DNA of 64,000 nt from Cyanophyceae cyanobacterium (GTDB lineage: Bacteria; Cyanobacteriota; Cyanobacteriia; Cyanobacteriales; JBHJGN01): NCBI GenBank assembly GCA_050331735.1, contig JBHJGN010000004.1, forward strand, positions 96,001 through 160,000, given 5' to 3'. Below are positions 39,339 through 49,706 of the stretch, one piece after another. The position numbers and the translations under genes were made by a program. The number at the start of each line of letters is the position of its first letter. The stretch's first letter is position 1. The notes beneath the pieces are model-generated. The model did not search any database and was not told where the DNA came from. It worked only from the letters and a program-made list of their open reading frames with translations.

Positions 39339-41975
39339 GTGGGAGTTATTGAACAGCTACTAACCCCAGAAATTCACAAGCCTGCTCGTTACCTGGGGAA
39401 CGAGCGAGGAGCCATTCACAAAGAGTGGGCAAGCGCTCGGGTGCGGTGGGTGCTAACCTATCCAGAAGTCTATGAGGTAGGGGCATCTAATCTAGGGCAT
39501 ATTATTCTCTACAATATTCTCAATGCTCAACCCAGGCAGCTTTGCGATCGCACTTATTTACCAGCCCCAGATTTAACCGCTAAGCTCCGCTCGTCGCAAA
39601 CGCCCCTGTTTGCTTTAGAATCTCGCCGTCCTCTCACAGACTTTGACATTCTCGGCTTTAGCCTGAGCTATGAACTGGGAGCAACCAACATCCTAGAGAT
39701 GCTGGACCTCGCCGGGATTCCCTTAACGTGGGCAGAGCGCTCTGAATCTCACCCGCTGATTTTCGCTGGCGGACAGACAGCGACTTCTAACCCCGAACCC
39801 TTTGCTGATTTCTTCGATTTTATTGCCCTCGGAGACGGCGAGGAACTGCTGCCGGAAATCGGTTTAGTTCTAGAGGAAGGCCGGAGTGCCGGATCCTCTA
39901 AAGAACAGATTTTGCTCGATCTTGCTCAGGTTCCTGGGGTGTATGTGCCCAGATTTTACGAGGCCGCTGAGAATGGTGCGGTTATTCCTAACCGCCGAGA
40001 CGTACCCAAGCGCATTCTCCGACGGGTCGCTACCCCAATGCCAGCCTATTCGGTCGGGCCGGTTCCCTACATGCAAACCGTCCACGATCGCCTGACAGTG
40101 GAAATTCGCCGAGGCTGTACGCGCGGCTGTCGCTTTTGCCAGCCAGGAATGCTCACCCGTCCTGCCAGAGATGTAGACCCAACCGAAGTGGTGGAGGCGA
40201 TCGAACAGGGCATGAGAACCACTGGCTACAACGAATTTTCTCTACTCTCTCTGAGCTGTTCTGACTATCTAGCGCTTCCGGCAGTGGGGATGGAGATTAA
40301 AAATCGGCTCAAGGACGAAAACGTTTCTTTGTCTTTACCCAGTCAACGAGTTGATCGCTTCGACGAAAACATCGCCAACATCATTGGCGGTACCCGTAAG
40401 TCTGGACTGACGTTTGCCCCAGAAGCTGGTACTCAGCGATTGCGCGACATCATTAATAAAGGCCTCACCAATGAAGAACTCTTGCGGGGCGTAAAAACAG
40501 CGGTCGAGCAGGGGTGGAGTAAAGTCAAGCTGTATTTTATGATCGGATTACCCGGAGAAACCGATGTCGATGTGATCGGCATTGCCGATACCGTACGGTG
40601 GCTGCGCCGAGAGTGCCGTCCGCGCGGCAAGAAAAGACTTGATATTAATATCACGATCTCTAACTTTACCCCCAAACCCCATACTCCCTTTCAGTGGCAT
40701 TCCGTTTCTACAGGGGAATTCCAGCGTCGGCAGGAACTTCTGCGGCGCGAATTTAACTCGATGCGAGGCGTAAAAGTTAACTATACTGACGTGCGCATCT
40801 CCGCGATGGAAGATTTTGTCGGACGAGGAGATCGCACTCTGGCGGCGGTTGTGCGGCGAGCTTGGGAGCTGGGAGCGGGCATGGACTCGTGGTGGGAAAA
40901 CTTAGACCGAGCGTTTGCGGCCTGGGAGCAGGCGATCGCCGAGGCCAATTTAACCTGGAAGTACCGTCAGGTTGAATCTGGGGAATGGAACGTGATGGAG
41001 GTGGAAAATCAGCAGACGAACGTCCACCATCGCCGTCCTCAATATACTGGGGACGAACGATTGAATGCTCCTCTCCCGTGGGACCATATCAACACCGGGA
41101 TTGACAAAAACTGGCTTAAGGCTGATCTGCAAAAGGCGTTAGCCGCCGCCACCGTTCCTGATTGTGCCTTTGAAGGCTGTTCGCAATGCGGGATCTGCGG
41201 AAGCGACTTCGGACATAATGTGGCGATCGAGCCGCCGCCGATTCCGGAGTTTGTCGGGCATTTCGTGCCTAATTCTCGGCGAGTTCAGCGCTGCCGCGTT
41301 TGGTTCGGCAAGCAGGGAGACATGGCGTTAGTCAGTCATCTCGATCTCGTGCGCCTTTTCGATCGAGCCGTTCGGCGTGCCGCCCTCCCCATCTCTTATA
41401 CCGGCGGCTATCATCCTGGGCCCAGAATTTCGATTGCCAATGCCCTCTCGTTAGGAATCTCCAGCAGTGGAGAGATTGCTGATTTTGAACTGACTCGCCC
41501 GCTGGATGTGGCTGAGTTTCAGCAGCAGCTAGCGGCAAGCCTGCCTACCGATATCCCAATCTACCGCGTTGAAGAAGTTGATTTAAAAGCGGCAGCCGCC
41601 ACGCGACTCTTAGCTCAGGCAGAGTATCTGATAGAGGTTGAGGCTGTGGAGGCCTCCGTTCCAGAGTGGGAACGCTGGGCTGAAGCTGTCAAAGCTCGTC
41701 GGGAGTTTGTGTGGGAAAAAACCACCAAATCGGGTAAAACAGTAGCGGTCAATTTGCGCGATCGCCTGTTTGAACTAAGCGTCGCTTCGCCTTGCGGCAG
41801 CACTCCTGAAGCTGTTGTGCTTCGCTATGTTGGTAGCTGCCGTAATGACGGAACTCTCCTTACCACTGATCAGGTCGTTTACATGCTAGAACAAGTGGCA
41901 CAGCAGGAACTAACCCTGCTGAAAGCTCACCGCCAGCGTCTCATTCTCGATCAGCCAATCTCTCCTAATCTTTGA
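39339..41975 (+). CDS. TIGR03960-type B12-binding radical SAM protein fused to TIGR03936/DUF2344 domain
   Basis: KPARYLGNE, YPEVYEVGASNLG, RGCTRGCRFC (CxxxCxxC), LTFAPEAG; C-terminal SHLDLVRLFDRAVRRA...GYHPGP. Confidence 0.9.
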   Translation: MGVIEQLLTPEIHKPARYLGNERGAIHKEWASARVRWVLTYPEVYEVGASNLGHIILYNILNAQPRQLCDRTYLPAPDLTAKLRSSQTPLFALESRRPLTDFDILGFSLSYELGATNILEMLDLAGIPLTWAERSESHPLIFAGGQTATSNPEPFADFFDFIALGDGEELLPEIGLVLEEGRSAGSSKEQILLDLAQVPGVYVPRFYEAAENGAVIPNRRDVPKRILRRVATPMPAYSVGPVPYMQTVHDRLTVEIRRGCTRGCRFCQPGMLTRPARDVDPTEVVEAIEQGMRTTGYNEFSLLSLSCSDYLALPAVGMEIKNRLKDENVSLSLPSQRVDRFDENIANIIGGTRKSGLTFAPEAGTQRLRDIINKGLTNEELLRGVKTAVEQGWSKVKLYFMIGLPGETDVDVIGIADTVRWLRRECRPRGKKRLDINITISNFTPKPHTPFQWHSVSTGEFQRRQELLRREFNSMRGVKVNYTDVRISAMEDFVGRGDRTLAAVVRRAWELGAGMDSWWENLDRAFAAWEQAIAEANLTWKYRQVESGEWNVMEVENQQTNVHHRRPQYTGDERLNAPLPWDHINTGIDKNWLKADLQKALAAATVPDCAFEGCSQCGICGSDFGHNVAIEPPPIPEFVGHFVPNSRRVQRCRVWFGKQGDMALVSHLDLVRLFDRAVRRAALPISYTGGYHPGPRISIANALSLGISSSGEIADFELTRPLDVAEFQQQLAASLPTDIPIYRVEEVDLKAAAATRLLAQAEYLIEVEAVEASVPEWERWAEAVKARREFVWEKTTKSGKTVAVNLRDRLFELSVASPCGSTPEAVVLRYVGSCRNDGTLLTTDQVVYMLEQVAQQELTLLKAHRQRLILDQPISPNL

Positions 41976-42204
41976 AGCACCAGCTCAAGAGGATAAGCCC
42001 CAAAATTAGGAGTCCCCAGCGACCAAACACTCCAAGGTAGCTAACAATGTTCAAAGGGTAAAAGACAAAAGCATCGGCAAAGAACCAGTTGCTGAGCAAC
42101 AGCACGATAACCAGCACAACTAACAGCATTGGAAAACGAGTGCCCCCTTTTCAACAGGAGAAAATTTGCAGTATACTAATAAGTCGCGAGTTTTTTAAAG
42201 AACC

Positions 42205-42567
42205 ATGAATGCTCAAGAACTAATTCGCTCTGTTGAGGCAGAGCATTTAAAAGCTGATTTGCCGACGATTCACGTTGGCGATACTGTCAGAGTGGGAGTC
42301 CGCATTCAAGAGGGCGGCAAAGAACGAGTGCAGCCTTACGAGGGAACCGTCATTGCCATGCGTAATGGCGGCATTAGCGAAACAATTACCGTGCGGAAAA
42401 TCTTTCAAGGAGTCGGGGTGGAAAGAGTCTTTCTCCTTCATTCTCCTAAGATAGCGAATATTAAAATTCTCCGTCGAGGCAAGGTGCGCCGCGCCAAACT
42501 CTACTACCTCCGCGATCGCATTGGGAAAGCGACCCGGATTCAGCAGCGTTTTGATCGCTCGCTCTAA
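42205..42567 (+). CDS. rplS: 50S ribosomal protein L19
   Basis: [41 protein letters not shown]. Confidence 0.98.
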   Translation: MNAQELIRSVEAEHLKADLPTIHVGDTVRVGVRIQEGGKERVQPYEGTVIAMRNGGISETITVRKIFQGVGVERVFLLHSPKIANIKILRRGKVRRAKLYYLRDRIGKATRIQQRFDRSL

Positions 42568-42655
42568 ACAACAGCAATCAAATTCCACAAGAGAGTGTCC
42601 GGTTGCGTTAAGCTATACAAGTATGGATAAAGCCTAGCTCGATAGGCTACCCCTT

Positions 42656-42728
42656 GCGCTCTTAGTTCAGTTGGTAGAACGCAGGTCTCCAAAACCTGAT
42701 GTCGGGGGTTCAAGTCCTCCAGGGCGCG
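42656..42728 (+). tRNA. trnW: tRNA-Trp (CCA)
   Basis: Acceptor GCGCTCT/AGGGCGC, D-arm GTTC-AGTTGGTA-GAAC, anticodon arm CAGGT-CTCCAAA-ACCTG, T-loop GTTCAAGTC; 3' CCA not encoded; canonical position before secE. Confidence 0.97.
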
Positions 42729-42851
42729 TAGCAACAGCGAACAAGCAATTGCTCCGCTAGCATTCCGGTTTGAGGACACTCGCCACTACTCATCGCTAGA
42801 CCGGATCGTGCCAATAATTCGGTTAGAAGGAAATTGTTGAGGATATTAGCC

Positions 42852-43073
42852 GTGGCCAAAAAAGAAGAAACCAAAGAAAAAAGCGAACAGGAAAAACAGC
42901 CGCTGGAGTTTTTCCAAGAAACGAAAGCAGAGCTCGGTAAAATTGTGTGGCCATCGCGGCAGCAATTGCTGAGCGAGTCTGCTGCCGTTATCTTGATGGT
43001 GACCTTGGTGGCCACAGTGATTTACGTTGTTGATAATTTCTTTGTTTGGGTTTCAGGAAGGGTATTTGGATGA
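42852..43073 (+). CDS. secE: Preprotein translocase subunit SecE
   Basis: FFQETKAELGKIVWPSRQQL followed by a TM helix. Confidence 0.95.
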   Translation: MAKKEETKEKSEQEKQPLEFFQETKAELGKIVWPSRQQLLSESAAVILMVTLVATVIYVVDNFFVWVSGRVFG

Positions 43074-43675
43074 GTTTTACCTCAGAGCAGTCGCAGGAAA
43101 CAGAACGAAAACCACCGAGTCGCTGGTATGCCGTGCAGGTAGCCTCTGGCTGCGAAAAGCGCGTGAAGACAAATCTCGAACAGCGCGCCCACACCCTAGA
43201 CGTAGCCGACAAGATTCTTCAGGTTCAGATTCCCCACACCCCAACGGTCAAGGTTCGCAAAGACGGCTCTCGCCAGCATAGCGAGGAAAAAGTTTTTCCG
43301 GGATACGTGCTGATTCGCATGGTGATGGACGACGATGCCTGGCAGGTTGTCAAGAACACGCCCAACGTCATTAACTTTGTGGGAGCTGAACAAAAGCGCC
43401 GCTACGGTCGCGGTCGGGGACACGTCAAGCCGATGCCTCTTAGCCCAACTGAGGTGGAGCGGATCTTTAAGCAGGCTCAAGAACAAGAGCCAGTCGTCAA
43501 AGTAGACATGCAGGTAGGAGACAAAATCATGGTCCTCTCCGGTCCCTTCAAAGACTTCGAGGGAGAAGTCATTGAAGTCAGTCCAGAAAGAAGCAAGCTG
43601 AAAGCTCTGCTCTCCATTTTTGGACGAGATACGCCTGTAGAATTAGAGTTCAATCAAGTCGAGAAACAAAGCTAG
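43070..43675 (+). CDS. nusG: Transcription termination/antitermination factor NusG
   Basis: [45 protein letters not shown] overlap with secE. Confidence 0.97.
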   Translation: MSFTSEQSQETERKPPSRWYAVQVASGCEKRVKTNLEQRAHTLDVADKILQVQIPHTPTVKVRKDGSRQHSEEKVFPGYVLIRMVMDDDAWQVVKNTPNVINFVGAEQKRRYGRGRGHVKPMPLSPTEVERIFKQAQEQEPVVKVDMQVGDKIMVLSGPFKDFEGEVIEVSPERSKLKALLSIFGRDTPVELEFNQVEKQS

Positions 43676-43677
43676 AA

Positions 43678-44103
43678 ATGGCCAAGAAAGTTGTTGCCCT
43701 GATTAAATTAGCGCTGCCTGCGGGCAAGGCGAATCCGGCTCCTCCGGTAGGGCCCGCCTTGGGTCAACACGGCGTTAATATTATGGCATTTTGTAAAGAA
43801 TACAATGCCAAAACGTCCGATCAAGCAGGAATGGTGATTCCTGTCGAAATTTCGGTTTTTGAAGACCGTAGCTTTACGTTCATTCTCAAAACACCTCCGG
43901 CCTCGGTGCTCATTCGCAAAGCGGCAGGAATTGAGAAAGGCTCCAGCGAACCGAATAAGCAAATAGTGGCGACGATTTCCCAGGACCAGCTTAGGGAAAT
44001 TGCGCAAACCAAAATGCCCGACCTCAACGCCAACGATATTGAGGCAGCGATGCGGATTGTCGCTGGTACAGCCCGAAATATGGGCGTTGCCGTTTCTGAG
44101 TAA
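43678..44103 (+). CDS. rplK: 50S ribosomal protein L11
   Basis: [31 protein letters not shown]. Confidence 0.98.
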   Translation: MAKKVVALIKLALPAGKANPAPPVGPALGQHGVNIMAFCKEYNAKTSDQAGMVIPVEISVFEDRSFTFILKTPPASVLIRKAAGIEKGSSEPNKQIVATISQDQLREIAQTKMPDLNANDIEAAMRIVAGTARNMGVAVSE

Positions 44104-44174
44104 GAACTAGGTTTTGAGATCGCTCAAAATTTAAACCACTAAGACTAAAGGGCAAAACTGATAATCACTAACAA

Positions 44175-44205
44175 TGGGGAGAGGCTAAGCTTCGCTATTG
44201 ACCCA
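44175..44205 (+). promoter_or_regulatory. Putative L1-binding autoregulatory mRNA structure before rplA
   Basis: TGGGGAGAGGC...GCTATTGACCCA: GGGAG/GACC helix immediately 5' of the AAGGAG RBS. Confidence 0.45.
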
Positions 44206-44216
44206 AGGAGAAAACG

Positions 44217-44927
44217 ATGGCCAAAAAATTGTCGCGCCGCCTGAGAGAGGCGCATGCAAAAGTTGAAGATAGAGCTTACGAACCGCTAGCAGGTCTTCAG
44301 TTACTCAAAGAGACAGCCACGGCTAAATTTGAAGAGACGGCGGAAGCTCATATTCGCTTAGGGATCGATCCTAAGTATACAGACCAACAATTACGAACCA
44401 CGGTTAGTTTTCCGAAAGGAACCGGACAATCGGTGAAGGTGGCGGTGATTGCTAGAGGAGAGAAAGTAGCAGAAGCTAACAGCGCGGGAGCGGATGTTGT
44501 CGGTTCAGAAGAATTAATCGACGAAATCCAAAACGGCATGATGGATTTCGACCTGCTTATTGCTACGCCAGATATGATGCCCAAGGTAGCAAAACTCGGG
44601 CGGCTGCTCGGTCCGCGCGGTCTGATGCCTTCTCCGAAGGGGGGAACAGTTACCACCGAACTAGAAAGCGCGATCGCCGAGTTTAAAGCGGGTAAGCAGG
44701 AGTTTCGGGCTGATCGAACCGGGATTGTTCACGTGATGTTTGGCAAAGCGGCTTTTCCGGCTGAAGACCTTCTGGTTAATCTGAAAGCGTTGCAGGAAAC
44801 GATCGACCGCAATCGTCCTTCGGGAGCCAAAGGCCGTTACTGGCGCAGTCTCTATGTATCGGCAACGATGGGACCGTCAATCGAACTAGAAATTTCCACT
44901 CTGCGCGATCTCAAGCTCGCTGCTTAA
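44217..44927 (+). CDS. rplA: 50S ribosomal protein L1
   Basis: [41 protein letters not shown]. Confidence 0.98.
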   Translation: MAKKLSRRLREAHAKVEDRAYEPLAGLQLLKETATAKFEETAEAHIRLGIDPKYTDQQLRTTVSFPKGTGQSVKVAVIARGEKVAEANSAGADVVGSEELIDEIQNGMMDFDLLIATPDMMPKVAKLGRLLGPRGLMPSPKGGTVTTELESAIAEFKAGKQEFRADRTGIVHVMFGKAAFPAEDLLVNLKALQETIDRNRPSGAKGRYWRSLYVSATMGPSIELEISTLRDLKLAA

Positions 44928-45111
44928 CCCTAGGTGACGTTAAGAGCGATCTGCGTCTATAATAAGAAATACTGCTCGATTAGTCTTCAGCAAGCTCTCT
45001 TGGATTAGAAGCGTTTTCACTAATCCCGGTAGACATCGCCCCAAACTGCTCTAAATCAATAGGAGATTTCCAGCGACGAACACAACCGCTTAAGAATAGT
45101 AGCTTGAACGC

Positions 45112-45245
45112 ATGCCAAAGACAGCAGGAGCCAACTGCTTAATATCCTGCCGAGGTCAATGCCGCTAGTCTGCCTGCTATGTTGTGTCACAGTAGCAGAG
45201 TCGAACGGAGAGCATTACCCTGGCATTGATTGTCAGGGTTTATTT
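45112..45245 (+). ncRNA. L10 (rplJ) leader cis-regulatory RNA
   Basis: CCAAAGACAGCAGG...TTAATATCCTGCCGAGG core matching the L10-leader consensus, followed by a CTGCTA..TAGCAG stem; ends approximate. Confidence 0.75.
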
Positions 45246-45280
45246 TATGGGGAGAAATCGAGGAAATTAAGGAGGTGACG

Positions 45281-45844
45281 ATGGGAAGAACTCGCGAAGA
45301 TAAACAAACGCTCGTCGCAGATTTAAAAGAGCTGCTGAGCGAGTCTCAGCTAGCGATCGTGATTGATTATCAGGGACTATCGGTTGCTGAAATCACTGAT
45401 TTGCGCAACCGAGTACGACCCACAGGCACAACCTGTAAGGTCACCAAAAATACTCTGATGAGGCTCGCCGTTGAGGAAGACGAAAATTGGCAGCCAATGA
45501 CCCAATTTCTATCCGGGTCATCTGCCTTCATGCTCGTGAAGGACGATATTGGTGGCGCTGTGCGAGCCTACCAAGGGTTTCAGAAAGACACCAAAAAAAC
45601 CGAATTTCGCGGTGGTGTCATGCAGGGTCAAGCTCTCACTGAAGCTCAGGTCAAAGCGATCGCCGATTTGCCGTCTAAGGAAGAACTGATTGCTCAAGTG
45701 GCTGGAGCACTCAACTCCATTGCTACCAAGTTAGCGGTCAGCATTAATGAAGTGCCTGCCTCCTTGGGTCGCAGCATCAACGAAGTGCCTGCTTCTGTGG
45801 GACGTGTTGTTGGGGCGGTGGCGGCTCAGCAAGAAGGTCAGTAG
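45281..45844 (+). CDS. rplJ: 50S ribosomal protein L10
   Basis: [33 protein letters not shown] after AAGGAGG. Confidence 0.97.
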   Translation: MGRTREDKQTLVADLKELLSESQLAIVIDYQGLSVAEITDLRNRVRPTGTTCKVTKNTLMRLAVEEDENWQPMTQFLSGSSAFMLVKDDIGGAVRAYQGFQKDTKKTEFRGGVMQGQALTEAQVKAIADLPSKEELIAQVAGALNSIATKLAVSINEVPASLGRSINEVPASVGRVVGAVAAQQEGQ

Positions 45845-45924
45845 TTTCTATCGGCGGATATATTCAACAGGAATGTTTACTGCCGATTACCAAATCAGAC
45901 AAGAACAAAACAAGGAGTATACCG

Positions 45925-46329
45925 ATGTCTGCTACAACTGATGAAATTTTGGAAAAGCTCAAATCTCTATCGCTGCTCGAAGCCTCAGAGCTAGTCAAGC
46001 AAATTGAAGACGCTTTTGGAGTCAGCGCTGCCGCACCGTCTGGCGGAATGATGATGATGGCTCCTGGTGCTGCTCCAGCTGCTGGGGATGGTGCCGCTGC
46101 TGAGGAAGAAGAAAAGACGGAGTTTGATGTTGTGCTTGAAGAAGTCCCGTCTGATAAGAAGATTGCCATCCTTAAAGTTGTCCGTTCTCTGACTGGCTTA
46201 GGCCTTAAAGAAGCCAAAGATATGGTGGAATCTACACCAAAGCCGATCAAAGAGGGAGTCGCTAAAGAGGAAGCTGAGGAAGTGAAGAAAAAGCTAGAAG
46301 AAGCTGGCGGTAAAGTCAGCGTCAAGTAG
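45925..46329 (+). CDS. rplL: 50S ribosomal protein L7/L12
   Basis: [38 protein letters not shown]. Confidence 0.98.
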   Translation: MSATTDEILEKLKSLSLLEASELVKQIEDAFGVSAAAPSGGMMMMAPGAAPAAGDGAAAEEEEKTEFDVVLEEVPSDKKIAILKVVRSLTGLGLKEAKDMVESTPKPIKEGVAKEEAEEVKKKLEEAGGKVSVK

Positions 46330-46380
46330 AGCAGAACTGCTACTGGGTTATTCTCTTCTAACTAAGCGCTTCTAGACAGC

Positions 46381-46409
46381 AAAGCAGGCCCCTATGGACC
46401 TGCTTTTTC
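46381..46409 (+). terminator. Rho-independent terminator of the rplJL operon
   Basis: AAAGCAGG...CCTGCTTT followed by a T-run. Confidence 0.75.
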
Positions 46410-46415
46410 TCGCGC

Positions 46416-46790
46416 TTAGGGTTTACAAACCCATTTCCAAAGAGGATGACTCGGACCTGCTAAGCGAATTTTTTGAACCTGTTGTGCGAGGCGATATTTT
46501 TCTTTAGCAGAGAGTCCTCTAACAATGTTGAGACTTTGCCAGACCAAAACGGCTGCCGTAATCCCGATACAAAAAGCGAGGCAAAAAGCAGGAAGGCGAT
46601 TATAAATAATGGCGTAGCGTACTGCTGTCCAGGTAAAGTACTGTTGCCAAAGCACAATTTCTGAGCGCAAGCTCCAGATGCTAATGGTTCCCAAGCAGAG
46701 CCAACACCCAAGCACCAACAACCACCGACTCCAGACGGTCAATCGGTGCAGTTTCTGAATTTGTTTGTTCAGCTCATTGTGATTGGTCAT
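46416..46790 (-). CDS. Hypothetical membrane protein
   Basis: Two hydrophobic segments; C-terminal GPSHPLWKWV. Confidence 0.7.
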   Translation of the reverse strand: MTNHNELNKQIQKLHRLTVWSRWLLVLGCWLCLGTISIWSLRSEIVLWQQYFTWTAVRYAIIYNRLPAFCLAFCIGITAAVLVWQSLNIVRGLSAKEKYRLAQQVQKIRLAGPSHPLWKWVCKP

Positions 46791-46927
46791 TTGATATACT
46801 TGTTGCCATTCATCCTCAAAAGGCACCGCCGTACTCAACCGCATTTAAAATGACAGTAGAGCGCACACCAGATACTAGAAAAGCTCTGCTCAATCGCCCT
46901 TGCTCACCAGCGAGATTAGGAACGAAT

Positions 46928-47107
46928 ATGGATTCTACAGAAGCCTGGTATATCTTGAGAGAAAAAGACGGAACTTGTCAAATTGTTGCCGTTGCCAATA
47001 AACAGTCCCCGAACGCTGAAGAGCGCTGGGGACCTTTTAGTTCTCAAGCAGAGGCAATTGCCCGTCGAGTCGGACTGATTCGGGCTGGAAAGTGTCAGCC
47101 TCAGTAA
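46928..47107 (+). CDS. Small hypothetical protein (cyanobacterial type)
   Basis: WYI...GTCQIV...WGPFSSQAEAIARRVGLIRAGKCQP. Confidence 0.7.
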   Translation: MDSTEAWYILREKDGTCQIVAVANKQSPNAEERWGPFSSQAEAIARRVGLIRAGKCQPQ

Positions 47108-47115
47108 ATGAAGGT

Positions 47116-48402
47116 TTACTGAGGAGCTAACTGAGACTTTTTGAAGGCTGCCACCTCTTGATTCAGGGTTTTTAGTGCTTGTACAAATTGAGAATCTTCT
47201 TCAGTTCCTATCTGAGTGCGATTAGTCTGGAGCTCTTTTCGCTCTTCATCCGTCATTTCCGAAATAACATCAGGAACAATGCCCTCTTTATGAATGTCTC
47301 GACCGTTGGGCGTGAGATATTTAGCGATTGTCACGGCCAAACCCGAACCATCTCCGAGACCGCGTACAGACTGCACTAATCCTTTGCCAAACGTTTTGGT
47401 TCCAACTAAGGTCGCTCGTTCGTTGTCTTGAAGAGCACCGGACAAAATTTCACTCGCGCTTGCTGACCCGCCGTCAACCAGCACCACCAACGGCTTGTCT
47501 GTTAAAGCTCGACCATTAGCCTCCTGACGTTCAATCGTACCGAGTCTGTTGACGGTAGAAACAATTGCCCCTTGGTCGAGCCACATTCTCGCAATCTCGA
47601 CACTGGAGTAGAGTAACCCCCCTGGGTTAGAACGCAAATCGAGAATATATCCATCTACATTTTGCGCTTCGAGATCTCGAATGGCTTCTCGCATTTCCTT
47701 TGAGGCTCGAGAGCTAAATTGAGTCAGGCGGATGTAGCCAATTGTGTCGGTGGGAGTTTCTTCAACCCGAGCCCGTACCGGATGAATTTCTATTTTATCT
47801 CTAACGATTGTATAGTCTCTTTCCTGTTCTTCCCGCAGAATGGTGAGAGTCACAGCCGTTCCTGGCTTACCGCGAATGAGCTGTACCGCATCGTTGACTT
47901 CCATGCCCTCGGTGCTTTGACCATCAATCTCGACAATGACATCTCTGGCTAAAATACCAGCTTCAAAAGCCGGAGTTTCTTCAATCGGAGCAATCACGAC
48001 TAGTTGCTCGGTTTCTTCATCTTTAGCAATGGTGATGCCAACCCCGGTTAATTCTCCAGAAGTATCTATCTGCATGTTCTTGAATTCTTCTGGATTCATG
48101 AAGCGAGTGTAGGGATCGTTGAGCTTTTCCAGCATCTCCTGAATGGCATCATAAGCTTCCTCCTGGTCGGCATAGGATCGCTCTAGATACTCACTACGAA
48201 TAGCCTGCCAATTTACCTGGTTGAACGTAGCGTCAACGTATTGACGATTGATAATCTGCCAGACTTCATCCACTAGCTCCTTGGGGCTTTCACGAAAAAA
48301 AGCTTGACTTTGAGAAAGGCGAACTCCGGCTCCTGTCAACGCCACTCCGGCCACAATTGTTGCGGTAGCGCCGAGAACAAGACTGCGTTTTGTAATGACC
48401 AT
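47116..48402 (-). CDS. ctpC: Carboxyl-terminal processing protease (S41, PDZ), CtpC-like
   Basis: DPYTRF, GELTGVG (PDZ), LDLRSNPGG, SASASEILSGAL, TFGKGLVQ; paralog assignment from N-terminal MVITKR..VLGATA is less certain. Confidence 0.8.
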   Translation of the reverse strand: MVITKRSLVLGATATIVAGVALTGAGVRLSQSQAFFRESPKELVDEVWQIINRQYVDATFNQVNWQAIRSEYLERSYADQEEAYDAIQEMLEKLNDPYTRFMNPEEFKNMQIDTSGELTGVGITIAKDEETEQLVVIAPIEETPAFEAGILARDVIVEIDGQSTEGMEVNDAVQLIRGKPGTAVTLTILREEQERDYTIVRDKIEIHPVRARVEETPTDTIGYIRLTQFSSRASKEMREAIRDLEAQNVDGYILDLRSNPGGLLYSSVEIARMWLDQGAIVSTVNRLGTIERQEANGRALTDKPLVVLVDGGSASASEILSGALQDNERATLVGTKTFGKGLVQSVRGLGDGSGLAVTIAKYLTPNGRDIHKEGIVPDVISEMTDEERKELQTNRTQIGTEEDSQFVQALKTLNQEVAAFKKSQLAPQ

Positions 48403-48645
48403 ATGCTTACTGAACTATGCCTGGGGAGAACTTCTGCTACAATTTTAACGCTCACTCTAGCACACGTGTATCTTGCCGAGGAACTGAGCAGCGTCACTTT
48501 TATTTTTGATGGACTTATTGTCACTATTTTAAAAGTAAATTGGCGATCGCGTTAGAGACAAACGGTTTTAAGTCTTGCAGGATTGGGCTCATTCAGCTCC
48601 GGGATTTTAGTCCCTAAAATTTTGTCATTGGGAACACTTTAAAAT

Positions 48646-49455
48646 ATGGCTTCCTCGTCTTCTGTAGATTATCAACGACGGCAAGAGCTACAGCAGCGCC
48701 GCAGACACAATCTTTATCGAGCCATCTGGCGCTCACTCGTAGCTGGAAGCGTTGCGGCTGGTTTATGGTGGGCTGTTGCTTCCCCTCGATGGGTTATTGA
48801 AACGGAAGAGCAAATTGCCGTTGAAGGCAATCAATTTCTGTCAGACCGGGCGATTCGCTCCTTGCTTGCTCTTTCCTATCCGCAGTCTATTATTCAGTTG
48901 AATATCCAGCAGCTTATCCAGCAGCTCAAGACAACAGCGCCCGTTACGAACGCGATCATTACCCGACAACTCCTCCCGCCTAAGCTGTCTATTGCTGTCA
49001 AAGAGCGTCCTCCTGTTGCGGTGGTTGTCACTGCCGTTGAAGAACTCGGACCGGTAGAGACCGGTTACCTCGACTCTCAAGGCATTTTAGTGTCGATTGA
49101 CCAGTACAAGCGACTAGACCCCGCTGCCAAACCATCTTTGCAAGTGATTGGTTTTCAACCGCAATATCAGCAGTATTGGACACGACTCTATGAGCTGATT
49201 CGCCAGTCCCAAGTTTTCGTTTCTACCGTTAACTTGCAAAATCCGAGTAATTTAACCCTTGAAACCGCTCTCGGCATTGTTCATCTAGGAGCTAATCCTT
49301 CCTTGCTCAGCAAACAGATCGCCATTCTGTCTCAACTACAGCCTTTACCAGCTCAACTAAAAAGGGAGAAAACCGAAATTGTCTTGATTGACCTCACTAA
49401 CCCAGAGTCACCAGAGCTTCAGCTAGCTCAGCTTGAGCAAAATCAGGAAAACTAA
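48646..49455 (+). CDS. ftsQ: Cell division protein FtsQ/DivIB
   Basis: TM helix, POTRA-like VEGNQFLS...ERPPVA, C-terminal IDLTNPESP; directly upstream of ftsZ. Confidence 0.88.
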   Translation: MASSSSVDYQRRQELQQRRRHNLYRAIWRSLVAGSVAAGLWWAVASPRWVIETEEQIAVEGNQFLSDRAIRSLLALSYPQSIIQLNIQQLIQQLKTTAPVTNAIITRQLLPPKLSIAVKERPPVAVVVTAVEELGPVETGYLDSQGILVSIDQYKRLDPAAKPSLQVIGFQPQYQQYWTRLYELIRQSQVFVSTVNLQNPSNLTLETALGIVHLGANPSLLSKQIAILSQLQPLPAQLKREKTEIVLIDLTNPESPELQLAQLEQNQEN

Positions 49456-49706
49456 GCTAGCCCCGTCGTCTCTTAGCTACCTGAGTCGAGTGCCGCTATA
49501 CGCGTTTTTCGCCGATACGTTTCTAGTCTGCTTTTACATCAGTTTTACGCTTTGCCAGAAAAAGTCTTGTACTTTACTCGACAAAAAATTGACAAAGTTT
49601 CCGAGTTTTTTTACTCTAAGAGCGTAATTTTAAACAACTCACTTTATAGCTGCTTCATTCCAGTTAAAATTTCAAACAAAGCATCAGAAACCTCTTTTCA
49701 AGTCCA

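Noticed and set aside
42656..42728. tRNA-Trp as an integration site
   Set aside because: Canonical rplS-trnW-secE order is intact; no integrase or duplicated 3' end seen
46928..47107. Small ORF as a transposase fragment
   Set aside because: Too short, no DDE motif and no terminal inverted repeats
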